Assembly: GCF_006345805.1 (NCBI RefSeq)
Contig: NW_021833245.1
Location: 19,815-83,814, forward strand
Reading direction: 5' to 3'
Source of the DNA: Octopus sinensis
Taxonomy: Eukaryota
Length of the DNA: 64,000 bases
Every line of letters begins with the position of its first letter. The stretch's first letter is position 1. The translations under genes and the position numbers were made by a program. Of this stretch, positions 1 to 12,210 are shown piece after piece. The notes beneath the pieces were generated by a model, which made no database searches, was not told the DNA's origin, and saw only the letters and a program-made list of their open reading frames with translations.

Positions 1-109
1 AATAGAGTAAAGCCCCGGTAGGATGATCTCACGGGACACGAATAGCTACAAGGTGGGAACGCTTCAGGTTAATGCGTGCGCGCCGCAGGCCTTTGTTGAA
101 AACTTGCCT

Positions 110-314
110 CTCTTTTACTTGTTTCAGTTATTTGACTGCGACCATGCTGGAGCACCGCCTTTAGTCGAGCAACTCGACCCCGAGACTTATTCTTTTTTGC
201 AAGCCCAGTACTTATTCTATCGGTCTTTTTTTGCCGAACCGCTAAGTGACGGGGACGTAAACACACCAGCATCGGTTGTCAAGCTATGCTAGGGGGACAA
301 ACACAGACACACAA

Positions 315-330
<16 letters not shown>
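110..330 (-). mobile_element. SINE family A (tRNA-head, CORE-like), 3' half only
   Basis: Matches the 3' half of the full copy at 1263-1680 and breaks at the internal (CA)/(TA) microsatellite. Confidence 0.85.
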
Positions 331-365
<35 letters not shown>

Positions 366-889
366 ATACATATATACATACATACAAACAACCATTAATA
401 TGCGCACGCATTTCATCGAATTTTTTAATGTATGTATTTTGACTCATCTTTGCGAATATACACACGAGTGTATATATAGATGTGTGTGAATATGTCGTTA
501 CAAGAGAATCTTATGAAATATTTTACATATATTTCACAGATTCATAAATGTCGTGTACAAGCAATTTCCTAATTACTCTCGTTCGGTTTGGTATCGAAAA
601 CTCCAGATTCGAAACGTTGGATCTTAGAGGGTTAATTACATGAATATGTACGTCTATAATCAGAGATTTCATTTGGAAGTTATTAACAAGCTATAGTGTT
701 TCTTATTACCATAAATTTGTTCCTTGCATCTTTAATTTTACAAGTTCAACACATTCATTTTTTTGTATCTTAAACTGTATTAACCGTTCCAGAGTTTGTA
801 TATTTAAAAAATTATTGACTTGAACATTCTGTTAGTATTTCTTCATATAATAGGATACTATTCCTTATGCATGAATAGAATCTCTAAGA

Positions 890-1262
890 TGTTGCCTTTT
901 CTTTTTATTGCTTGCTTGATGCCCTTGCTTCATGTGGCTTGGGTCATCTCAGGTTAGTGGTCTCAGAGACGTCATCATATGTACTGCCGACCAGGTCCAG
1001 TAGTGCTTTCTATCGCTGTCGGTACCCTACCAGCCCCACTGTATCCTCGAAAGTGACGTCGACCCACTGGAGATCTCCCCCAATCACGTCTACCCCATAT
1101 AGGTGTGGGGGCTTGTCACGAGGCGCCTTTCAAGCCCAGTGCCTCTGCATTGAAATAGAGTAAAGCCCCGGTAGGATGATCTCACGGGACACGAATAGCT
1201 ACAAGGTGGGAACGCTTCAGGATAATGCGTGCGCGCCGCAGGCCTTTGTTGAAAACTTGCCT
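890..1262 (-). other. GC-richer repeat segment, possibly a decayed retroelement ORF fragment
   Basis: Its last ~108 bp recur at 1-108. One minus frame reads protein-like with scattered stops (KACGAHAL*SVPTL*LFV...LYGVDVIGGDLQWVDVTFEDTVGLVGY). Family not recognised. Confidence 0.3.
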
Positions 1263-1479
1263 CTCTTTTACTTGTTTCAGTTATTTGACTGCGACCATGC
1301 TGGAGCACCGCCTTTAGTCGAGCAACTCGACCCCGGGACTTATTCTTTTTTGTAAGCCCAGTATTTATTCTATCGGTCTCTTTTTGCCAAACCGCTAAGT
1401 GACGGGGACGTAAACACACCAGCATCGGTTGTCAAGCTATGCTAGGGGGACAAACACAGACACACAAACACACACACAC

Positions 1480-1519
<40 letters not shown>

Positions 1520-1680
1520 TACGACAGGCTTCTTTCAGATTCCGTCTACCAAATCCACTCACAAGGCATTGGTCGGCCCAGGGCTATAGCAGAAGACACT
1601 TGCCCAAGATGCCACGCAGTGGGACTGAACCCGGAACCATGTAGTTGGTAAGCAATATACTTACCACACAGCCACTCCTG
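1263..1680 (-). mobile_element. SINE family A, full length
   Basis: On the minus strand: A-box-like TGGCTGTGTGG, B-box-like GGTTCAGTCCC, CORE-like CTTGGGCAAGT, internal (TA)/(TG) tract, tail GAAACAAGTAAAAGAG. Confidence 0.9.
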
Positions 1681-2103
1681 CTTCTGTTTCTACTTTTTTA
1701 CAAATTTTTTCCTCATTACAATGCACCTCATTTCGCAGAAACCATCATAGAAATATATCAGATGTATAGTTATGATATCAGTCACATTTTGTGTAATTCC
1801 AAAGAACGCATAAAACACTTTGCAATGCTTTGTTGACGATAGCAGAGAGCATTTTGCTACGAGCATCTGTTCTAGGCATCGAGGCCAAAAGAGACTACAT
1901 AAACTACTCCCATTCAAACACGAATTTAAAAGTTGAGCAAATGTTATACATTCTGCTCCTTTATCTTCCAACTAAGCTGTAAAAGTTATGAATCGGGTGT
2001 CATTTTGCCTGAAGCATTTTTTGCGCAATTGGTTCTTATTTATGCATTTTGAGCGATACGAAAGGAGACATATCGGTACTTATTAAATAATTTAGCTACT
2101 CCT

Positions 2104-2523
2104 AGGCGTAGGAGTGGCTGTGTGGTAAGTAGCTTGCTTACCAACCACATAGTTCCTGGTTCATTCTCACTGTATTGCACCTTGGGCCAGTGTCTTTCAC
2201 TATAGCCTCGGGCAAACTAAAGCCTTGTGAGTGGATTTGATAGACGGAAAATGAAAGGAGCCCGTCGTATATATATATATATACATATGTATGTGTGTGT
2301 ATATGCTTGTGTGCCTGTGTTTGTCCCCCCAACATCGCTTGACAACCGATGCTGGTGTGCTTACATCACCGTATCTTAGCGGTTCGGCAAAAGTGATCGG
2401 TGGAATAAGTACTAGGCTCACAGAGAATAAGTCCTGGGGTCGATTTGCTCGACTAAAAAGATGGTGCTCCAGCATGGCCACAGACAAGTAACTGAAATAA
2501 GTAAAAGGTTTAAAAAGTAAAAG
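2104..2523 (+). mobile_element. SINE family A, full length
   Basis: GGAGTGGCTGTGTGGTAAG head through GGTGCTCCAGCATGGCCAC tail; same layout as the other copies. Confidence 0.9.
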
Positions 2524-2715
2524 ACTACTCTGGTTATCCATGCTACAGTTTCTCTAAAGTTTTCCAAGTCATAGCCAACGTTTGCGAACAAACCTAGTTT
2601 TATACAATTTTCTATTGTAGTAGTCTGTGCACAGTCTATCGCTATATATTCATACTATATGAATTTATATATGTTTATATACACACACACACACACACAA
2701 AATTCCAATCCTACA

Positions 2716-4920
2716 TCATTTGAGAGTGTGTAATTTTGATATTTCTGTTTCCTTGTGAACCAGTGAGATGTCCTTCATGAATGACAAGGAGTTTACAGAA
2801 AGTATAAACAACATCACAGAGAGGCTGTCCCCTTGGAATATGCCTTTGCGATACTGTATTCTATTGGTGATAGTACAGTCACTCTTTGTGTTTAATTTCA
2901 AGATGGTAGCCCACGAAGAAATCGGGTCAGCTATGGTTTTGACTATCCTCAGTGGAACGTTAGCAACTTGAAGGGATTCTAGAATCCATGGGTAGAGAAC
3001 AGAGTCAAAGGTTTCCCTGTAGTCTAGCGATATTGAAAGTAAGTTCTTCCTATGCTCTCGCACCCCTGGCATCCTAGTTTTGTTGGTACATTCCCAGACT
3101 CCCTTCTTCCCAGCTGCTTGTTCTGTTGTGATAATGCTATTGGTTTCACAATGGTCCTGGATGAAGGGGTTTAAACATGCTGTATATATCTTATACATAA
3201 CATTCTGGAATGCAGTTGGCCGGTAGTTTTTTGCCATGTGGGTGGTTCTGCATTTGGGGATCAATTTTGTCTCTGCCAGAGCTAACCAGTGTGGTATGCT
3301 ACTGTTCCCAATGAGAGCTTGCTGGTAGAGATTAATAAGATGTGGTTTGATAGAAGGTTGGCTTCTTGTACCAATATCCAACAATCAAGTCTCTTCCAGG
3401 TGCTTTTCCATCCTGGAGTTTCTGGATCACAGTTGCAAGAGTTTCACCATCAGTGTTGCATGGCTTGGATGTAATGCAGGAGCAATAACTTCTTCGCATT
3501 TCGTCCAGCCACGAATAATCTTGGTTAAATTCGTCCTCGTCACTTCAGATTTTCCTCCAGAAGAAATCTATGTCTTCTCGTGAAGGAGCTTCTGTGGTGT
3601 TTCTTGATCCTCCTCTCATGTCTCTGTATACTGCTGCCTAGTTGCGGTTAAATATTTTATTTATTGTTCTCCTCTCGATTATTCTCTTCTGATGTCGGAA
3701 TTTTTTACTGACAGCGTTTAGCTCCTGCTTGAAGGTAATCAGTCTGCAGGTGAGTGTCCTCTTTTTACTCTCTCCAAACATCATTTCTATTTCGTTTACT
3801 CTCTGTTGGTGGGATGCAAAGTTATTTGCTTGTTTGCACGCAATAAACATCATTACATGACTGATGGTCTTCTGTAAACCAGTTTTTTATTCTTTGTCTT
3901 CAAAACCCATGATGGCAACTTCTTTGTTATTCCGGTTTTGTTTACTTTATGAATATCATTCATGTACTGTTTTACAGTAGTAACCAGAACACATAGGCAG
4001 GCGTTTATCTGCCGGTATGTGGTTTCATCACACTTTTGTAGATAATCATCAATTTCGTTAATAGTTTTTAAACAGTGTCTGGTGGCTTTTACATACTTTA
4101 GTAGAAAATACTGTCTCCTAAAGAGAGTCCTTCAGAGCCAAAAATATTTTTTCTCGGAAAATTTCAGTAAGGGTACATGACTGCCATTGCTACTACAATA
4201 ATCGTTGTGGTCGTGCCTGCTGATTACCATAGTCGTAGTAGGGGGACAGTGGTCAGTTGCTTGAGCCAGTAATGTAGTTTGGCTGGCAGGAACCATAGAA
4301 TCTGTTGGAATGTCGCTAGCTGCGAAACCATGTGGTGGTCTTATATCATTCACGGTTTCGTTTTTGTTTATAGAGTTGGGAAGAAGGTTAATTTTCGATT
4401 TCCTAATAAAGTTCCAGTTACTAACCTTCTTTCTATGCTCTACAAATACTGTTTGTTGGCGTAGTTGCTTCGTAGTAAAATGATTTAATTCTGGATGCAG
4501 ATAGTCCCAATATGATTTCAATCGTTTTATATAGCCAACAGCGGGGTTTTGTTTCGCTTTTTCGTAGCAGTTAAATAGATCATTATTCAATTCATAACTC
4601 CAAGAGAAATGAGTTTTGTAGTTAAGGTTTCTTCTGTAACTACAGCCAGAAAGAAATTATTTACCTGTTGAGCTGTTGTTTTCGTTTTGTTCCTCGTTTT
4701 TTTTTTTGTTGTTGATGTTGTGTTCAGCCTTGTTGTCTGTAGTAACTCTCTGCATGCTAAATTCAAGTTTCAGCCGAAAATCACCCCGATCGTGAATAAA
4801 AGGCTCCCTCAATTAGTTCACCTGAAGATTCACCAGTTATTTAAGCAGGCTGCCAGTTGTGGCTCCAAAGTTGGACATAGTGTTCATCGTAGTTTCGATA
4901 AATAGTCTCTCACGCCAAAT
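2716..4920 (-). mobile_element. Dong/R4-clade non-LTR retrotransposon relic (N-terminal region plus RT up to just before the YxDD motif), frameshifted
   Basis: ORF 2716-3384 has NYRP, EQAAGKKGVWEC, DYRETFDSV and GIFQGDSLS RT motifs. Upstream pieces 3638-3853 (KQELNAVSKKFRHQKR...INKIF) and 4132-4590 (GYIKRLKSYW...TTKQLRQQ) fit R4/Dong ORF N-termini. The 5' boundary is approximate. Confidence 0.85.
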
Positions 4921-5330
4921 ACGCGACATGTCGCTTCGAATGTATGTATGTATGTATTAGGTACGTACGTACGTATGTATATCCTTATTCAGTTTTACAT
5001 TACAATTTCTTGCCATTAGGGAAAGAGCAGGGCGACATGTCCTTCCTGGCATCTTCGTTGGGCCATTCAATTTTTCAACTTAAATACTTGCAAAATATCT
5101 ATTGCTTCTGATAACATGGTTATCTTTAACCAACAGACAAACTTGCTAAGCTCCTTATCCAACAACATATATTCCACCCATCGTAGATATAGCCAATTGA
5201 GTACATAATTTCTGCTCCAATTCTGTGTATAAAAATAATGCGTTGTTAACAACCTGGTATACCGAACATCATCTTTTATAGACTTCTTTTGTCTTTATTT
5301 AATCGCAATATCAACTGAACACCAAACTTC

Positions 5331-5594
5331 GGATCTTTTCACTTTGACCGGCATATTTTAAAAATCTGGCAAGCAGCAGTAATTGTATTCACCTCAATAG
5401 ACGTCATTGACTGGTTGAAATTGCTGAAATACCAGAAATTAAACAAGAAATAGTTTACAAACTACATAATTTTCTCAAGAACGCCAAGAGAAAAAGATGA
5501 TTTATCTGATACATTCTACCAGTATACGAAGTTTAAAAGTGTTTAGTTACAAAGATATAATTTCTAAAATCTGCCGGTCAAAGTGAAAAGATCC
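5331..5594. mobile_element. MITE with ~34-bp TIRs and 8-bp TSD (Merlin-like by termini)
   Basis: GGATCTTTTCACTTTGACCGGCA at 5331 and its reverse complement ending at 5594; CAAACTTC on both sides (5323-5330, 5595-5602). Confidence 0.9.
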
Positions 5595-6350
5595 CAAACT
5601 TCTACAACTCTCCATGATTTTATTTCGTAATCCGACATAACAGTATCAGATAGCTTGTGGCTTTACTGGACTGGTTTGATTCCTCTAAAGTTCCACCAGT
5701 ATTCTTTTAATATATCAGGATTTAATTGGATACGTTGCTATAGCTTCCTTCCGTAAAATACTCCAGGTTGTCTTGATAACACACCATACCATTATAAGAA
5801 ATTATTATCGCAATGGCATTTTCTCAACGTTAACAATGATAAACTTACAGATGTTGTAATTTGATGTATTCTGTCGTGGTAGTGAAGATGGAATTGGTCA
5901 GGAATTCGTTAATTGTTACAGTGTGGAGATGGGCAAGTCGATGCAAAATGGTCAAAGCCATGCCAGTTTTGCTGGACTTGATGCTGGTTGCCGTAGCATT
6001 GACTGTGGTGGTTTTCTTATAGTGGTAGGAGTCATAATCGATACGATACTGCGATAATTGTGTTGGTGATTGTTGCGGCTTCGGCTATTGCGTTGGCGGT
6101 TGCATATATGCTTCAGCTGAATGCGGGAGCGGGGAGGATATGATTATCGAGGATTGTCGTCATTATGTCGCCAGCTATGTTGTCGGTATAGCGTAGGCGC
6201 GTGGCTTAGCGGCTGAGGCATTCGGCACACGACAGTAAGGTGTGTGTTCAATTCCCGGCGACGCGTTGAGACCTTGAGCAAGACACGTTATTTCACATTA
6301 TTTACATAATTTACATTTCATAGATATTTCTCCTTATCTTGTTTGTTGCT

Positions 6351-6400
6351 AACATAACGTTTCGGCTATTATACCCTCCAACCTTCATAAGGAGTCTTGG
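6351..6400 (-). ncRNA. Degenerate minimal hammerhead ribozyme motif
   Basis: CTTATGA-A-GGTTG/TAGCC-GAAA-CGT-T; one core mismatch (G5) and a weak stem I. Confidence 0.5.
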
Positions 6401-6434
6401 GGAAATTTCGAACCTGTCTTCTCATTCCTACGGT

Positions 6435-6655
6435 CTGGCAGAAACGTTAGCACGCCGGGCGAAATGCTAAGCGGTATTTTGCCTGCCGTTACGTTTTGAG
6501 TTCAAATTCCGCCGAGGTCGACTTTACCTTTCATCCTTTCGGGGTCGATAAATTAAGTACCAGTTACGCACTGGGGTCGATGTAATCGACTTAATACCTA
6601 TGTCTGTCTTTGTTTGCCCCTCTATGTTTATTCCCTTGTGGGTAATAAAGAAATA
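6435..6655 (+). mobile_element. SINE family B (Meta-like central domain), monomer, nested
   Basis: CTGGCAGAAACGTTAG head, GAGTTCAAATTCC B-box, CCTTTCGGGGTCGATAAATTAAGTACC body, AAAGAAATA end. Confidence 0.9.
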
Positions 6656-7139
6656 GGTATTTTTCGATATTATTATTATTATTATTACATTATATTATTA
6701 TTACTACTACTACAATTATTCAGGTCACTGCCTGGAATCGAACTCGGAATCTTGGGGTTAGTAGCTCGCGCTCTTAACCACTACACCATATGCCCGTGGG
6801 CTGGAGGGTATGTCAACAAACAAGATGAGGAGAAAATACCCATCAAATGTAAATAATGTAAATAGTGTAAATAATTCCTCACCTTTTAAATATAGACCAT
6901 TATTTCACGTTGCCCCTGTCCACTCAGCTGGCAAACGGTGTATTACCTGCATTTCAAAGGGCCAGTCTTGTCACCTTGTCTCACGCTGAATATCACTCAG
7001 AACTACGTTAAGAGAACGTAGGTCTGAGGAGTACTCAACCGCTTGCATGTTAATTTCACGAGCAGGGCTGTTCCGTTGATTGGAACAACTGGAACACTCG
7101 TCGTCGTAACCGACGGAGTTCCAGTAGTACTATGTTGGT

Positions 7140-9720
7140 ATATAGGTGATGGTGGTGGTTGTGGTACATCTTTTCACTGTTGCGTCACATGTGGTAGTTG
7201 TGGTTGTCGTGGTGGCTGTGGTAATGGTTATCATGATTGTGAGGGCAGTAGTTATACTGATGGGGTTTCTTGTAGAAGTGATGGCAGTGGAGGTTGTGGT
7301 GGTGGAGGCGGTGGTGATGGAGGCGGTGGTGTTAATATTTAACTAAGAGAATATGAACAGGCATGGCTGTCTTTTAATTTGCTTTTATTAATGATGCTGG
7401 TCACACACACACACACATACATACATACATACATACATACATACATACACACACATATGTGTGCGTGTGTGTGTACATAAGTGGTTGTATTCAGAGTGGC
7501 AATGGCGGTCTTCCTGAGGACAAAGACGATGATTATGATCATGAGGAAGAGAAGGAGGGGGTAGACGACGACGACGATGATGATAGGGATGCTGATCAGG
7601 ATCAGTATGACGATGAGTATGATGACAATGAAAATGATTGTGAGATAATGATGGATGTAATGATGGTGGTGGTGATGATGATGATGGTGGTGATGATAAT
7701 AATATTGATGATGTGGGTGTTGATGTTGATGGTGGTGATAATGATGATGATGGTGTTAATGATGTAGGGTGTTGATGATGATGATGGTGATGATGAATAT
7801 GGTGGTGGTGGTGATGATGATGATGGTGATGATGGTGTTAATGATGACGGCGTTGATGACGATGTGGATAATGATGATGATGTGGATGATGATGGTAGTG
7901 GTGGTGATGATAATGGTGTTGATGATGTGAGAGTTGAGGATGAGAGTATTGATGATGATAGTGATGATGATAATGATGATATTGATGCGGGTGTTGCTGA
8001 CGACAACGACGATGATGGTAATGATTTGCGCTAATGATGCTAACCACGCATGGTCGTATTCATCACTACGTACCCTGAGGTGAAACTTCTGCTCAAACTA
8101 AACCCTGGTGCGAAGTATTCCAATCTCGAACATCCACCCGATCCATAATTGAGATGCATTGTGTTAATTATTTTTTCGAAACCGCAGGAGACGTTGCTAT
8201 TTTTAGTTCTTCGGGTTATTACTTCGAAGCTCCCTAGTTTTGCAGTATAAAAATGTTGCATAAGATAGTCACAATGGTAGTTGCGGTGGTAGTATTGTCA
8301 GTGGTGGTTTGACACAGAGACTGTGATGCTGGCGGTGGAGGTATAGGTTAAGTGAAAGTAGGAGGTAGTAATGGTAGTCGTAATGGTTTCAGCATTGATA
8401 ATAATGGTGTTGATGGCGAGCGTACTGTTTGTCAGCGTTGGTGTTAGTGGTGGTTGTTGTGATTGTGGTGGTATGGTTGTGTTGATGGTTGTGGTGGTGA
8501 AGACAGTGGTGGTATGGTTGTGTTGATGGTTGTGGTGGTGAAGACAGTGGTTGTATGGTTATATTGATGGTTGTGGTGGTGGTTGAGTTTGTGGTGGTGG
8601 TGATGGTAGTTGTGGTGCTTGTAGCGGTTGTTGTTGTTGTGGTGGCGTTGATTGTGGTAGTAGTGGCTGTAATAGTGGTGGTGGTTTTGGTGGGTGTTGC
8701 TGTTGTGATAGTGGTGGTTGTGGTGATGGTACTGTTTGGCAGTGGTGGTGTTAGTGATGGTGGTGGTGGTTGTTGTGATTGGGGTGGTGAGAACAGTAGT
8801 GGTATCGTCACGTTGATGGTTGTGGTGGTAGTTGCGTTAGTGGTGGTGGTTGTGGTAGGGTGATGGTAGTTGTGGTGGTTGTAGTGGTTGTTGTTGTTGT
8901 GGTGGTTATTATGGTAGTAGTGGTTGTGGTGGCGGTGATTGTGGTAGTAGTGGTTGTGGTAGTGGTGTTTGTTGCGGTGGTGGTTGTGGTGGTGGCTTTG
9001 GTGAGTGTGGTGGTGGTAGTTTTGGTGGATGTTGTGGTGTTGGTAGTGGTGACGGTAGTTGTGGTTGTAGCGGCTGTTGTTGTTGTGGTGGTGGTGATGG
9101 CGGTGATTGTGGTAGTAGTGGTTGTGGTAGTGGTTGTTGTGGTAGCGGTGGCGGTTGTGGTGGTAGTTTTGGTGGGTGTTGTTGTTGTTGTGGTGGCGGT
9201 GGTAGTTGTGGTGATGGTACTGTTTAGCAGTGGTGCAGTTTGCAATGGAGGCATTTACTATGCTGGTGGAGTTACTGATGGTGATTGTGGTGGTGCTGGT
9301 AGCCGTGGTAGTGGTGGCGGTGGTGGTGGCGGTGGTAGTGGTGATTTCACTGCTGTGTTTTGCTGGCATTATAGAAGTGTGTGTTCGAACATTTGTGTGG
9401 TAGAGTGGAACATCCTTGTAGTCGAATAATCGGGTTTAATTTGATAATGGAAATCGCATATGTTGTTGTTGTTGTTCTTGTTGTTGTTACTGCAGTTCTT
9501 GGCGATAATAATGTTTATTATTGTTGTTGATAATGATAATCATTGTTGTTGTTGTTGTGCTTGCTGTTGCTTTCTTGGTTGCGTTAACATAACTATATAT
9601 TTGATATTGTTTTTGGGTTTTTATTTTGGCGGGGGAGGGCGTAATTTTTGTTGATGTTTTGTTTTTGTAAACTGTTTCCTCGTTAGGAGAATGATGCTGA
9701 TGATAGTGATGGTTATTGCT
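7140..9720. repeat. Degenerate (GGT/GAT/GTT)n low-complexity region with internal duplications
   Basis: Trinucleotide-derived; segment 8620-8750 resembles 9068-9240; periodicity frameshifts near 8860 and 9240. Confidence 0.85.
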
Positions 9721-9889
9721 GCGGAATGCGTTAATGAGGGTAGGAGGAGTATGTGGCGATGGTAGCGGTGATGGTGTTGTAATTTGGTTTCGATGGGAGG
9801 GAGGAGTCGGCGGTGTTAAAAGGGAAAAGGGAGAGGTGTCATTGCGTGTGTTTTGGTTGTATTTGCGCTATTTTTACTGCATTGCTTAC

Positions 9890-10720
9890 CTGGCGATGTC
9901 GAAAGAGAAATACGTAAATACAAAATTTATACATACAAATATGTCTGTGTGTGTATGTATGTGTATATGTGCACTTATATATATATATACACACACACGC
10001 ATATATACATGTATATATACGTATATATACATATATATATACATGTATATATACATGTATATACATATATATACATGTATATATACATATATATACATGT
10101 ATTTATACAAATATATACATGTATTTATACAAATATACATGTATATATACATATATACATGTATATATACATATATACATGTATATATACATATATATTC
10201 ATGTATATATACATATATACATGTATATATACATATATACATGTATATACATATATATACATGTATATATACATATATATATACATATATATACATGTAT
10301 ATATACATATATATACATGTATATATACATATACATACATGTATATATCCATATATATACATGTATATATACATATACATACATATACATTTATACATAT
10401 ATATGCACATATATACATATATATGCACATATATACATATATATGCACATATATACATATATATGCACATATATACATAACACACATACACACACAGATA
10501 CATAGTTGTATGTATGTGTGTAAATATATATATATACATACATATATATATAAATACATACATATATATATATATATATACATACATACATATACATATA
10601 TATGCACATATATACATACACACACACAGACATATTTGTATGTATATATATACATTTGTCTACTTAGTATATTCATCTAGCTATTAATGCATCTCATTAT
10701 GTATGTATCTATACGTATGT
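9890..10720. repeat. Compound (TA)/(TACA)/(TATATACATG) microsatellite
   Basis: Direct reading. Confidence 0.95.
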
Positions 10721-10779
10721 ATGAAAGAGGGGTACATAGACGTGCAGAGACCGATTGCGAGAGAATGAGAGGGAAAGAG

Positions 10780-10781
<2 letters not shown>

Positions 10782-10846
<65 letters not shown>
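10782..10846. repeat. (GA)n microsatellite
   Basis: Direct reading. Confidence 0.97.
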
Positions 10847-10849
<3 letters not shown>

Positions 10850-11384
10850 GGCAACAGTAAGATATGCGATGTTGCTCGTGAAATGAACTACCTTGACGTG
10901 CTTCCTTCAGCGATTAAGGATTGAGATACATTAAGCAGTCATAACCTATTGAATCAAACAGTGACCCGACTTCAACACCATCAAACCATAATCTAGAAGC
11001 CCAGAATCACTGCTATTGCTACCAATAGTAAGACATCAAGCAACCATCTCTGATATACTATATTTCATCATTACTGCCCTTCACCTCTGCATCTGTTCAT
11101 TCTGCCAGTAAGCCAGTTAGAATGTTAAGACTTGATTGCCAACTCACTCAGCCATCTAAAAACGTTCATATATTCGCCATATTTAAAATGTCTTCTGCAT
11201 TATCATGCGCTAATCAAGCCATATATTTGGCTTTAATATCTAGACCATCATCAACCTATCTTTCTATCAATTTATCTATTTCAATCAGCAAATACATTTC
11301 GATCACTTTATACGTATTTATCCATCCATCAATATATTCATCGATCCCTTAAGTAAATTTGATGTATGAACAGATAAAGGCATG

Positions 11385-11402
11385 CTCGTAGATATATATA
11401 TT

Positions 11403-11436
<34 letters not shown>

Positions 11437-11725
11437 ATATATGTGTGTGGTGTGTGTATATATATATAATATATATATGTGTGTGTGTGTATATATATAT
11501 ATGTGTGAGTGTGTATATATATATGTGTGTGTGTGTATATATATGTGTGTGTGTGTGTATATATATATGTGTGTTTGTACATATATATATGTGTGTGTGT
11601 AATATATATGTGTGTTTGTACATATATATATGTGTGTGTGTATATATATATATATATATGGTGTATATATATATATGTGTGGTATATATATATGTGTGTG
11701 TGGTGTGTGTGTATATATATATATC

Positions 11726-11756
<31 letters not shown>

Positions 11757-11780
11757 GTGTGTGTGTGTATAATATATATA

Positions 11781-11830
<50 letters not shown>

Positions 11831-11866
11831 ATATGTGTGGTGTGTGTGTATATATATATATATATA

Positions 11867-11912
<46 letters not shown>

Positions 11913-12210
11913 CATGTATGTATATATATATGTGTGAGTGTGTGTGTGTGTGTGTATGTATGCGTGTATGATATTGACAGTGCGTAAACGTGTGTTCGAT
12001 TATTTGTATAAAATGAACGAGTGAACGATAGGTATATTGATTTGGGAGCAATTCTCGATATACACTCACACACATATATGCATATAGATGCATACCTATA
12101 CATACACACACACAGATATATGTATATATGTATATGTATGTATGTATGTATATGTATGTATGTATGTGTGTATGTATGTATGTACGTATGTATGTATGTA
12201 TAAGCCCATA
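11385..12210. repeat. Compound (TA)/(TG)/(TATG) microsatellite
   Basis: Direct reading. Confidence 0.95.

Larger units (their letters stand above)
6297..6899 (-). mobile_element. tRNA-headed, HHR-bearing non-autonomous retroposon with Penelope-type inverted end
   Basis: Minus strand: inverted partial tail (6798-6875), A/B-box head (6734-6788), (TAA)n linker, body, degenerate HHR (6351-6400), (TGTAAATAA)-like tail; 9-bp TSD. Confidence 0.65.
6195..7125 (+). mobile_element. SINE family C (tRNA-head), split by a nested insertion: head 6195-6296, body 6900-7125
   Basis: A-box TGGCTTAGCGG, B-box GTTCAATTCCC; body homologous to the inverted copy at 13957-14252; TTATTTCAC duplicated at the break. 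Confidence 0.8.

Noticed and set aside
6720-6800. tRNA gene (and similar heads at 6195, 43695 and in SINE families A and B)
   Set aside because: A/B boxes are present but the acceptor and anticodon stems do not pair; these are SINE heads
8389-9369. 326-aa Thr-rich mucin-like ORF
   Set aside because: The Thr-rich register switches frame near 9240 and 8860, leaving a His/Asn-rich middle; typical cryptic trinucleotide repeat with no splice or signal evidence
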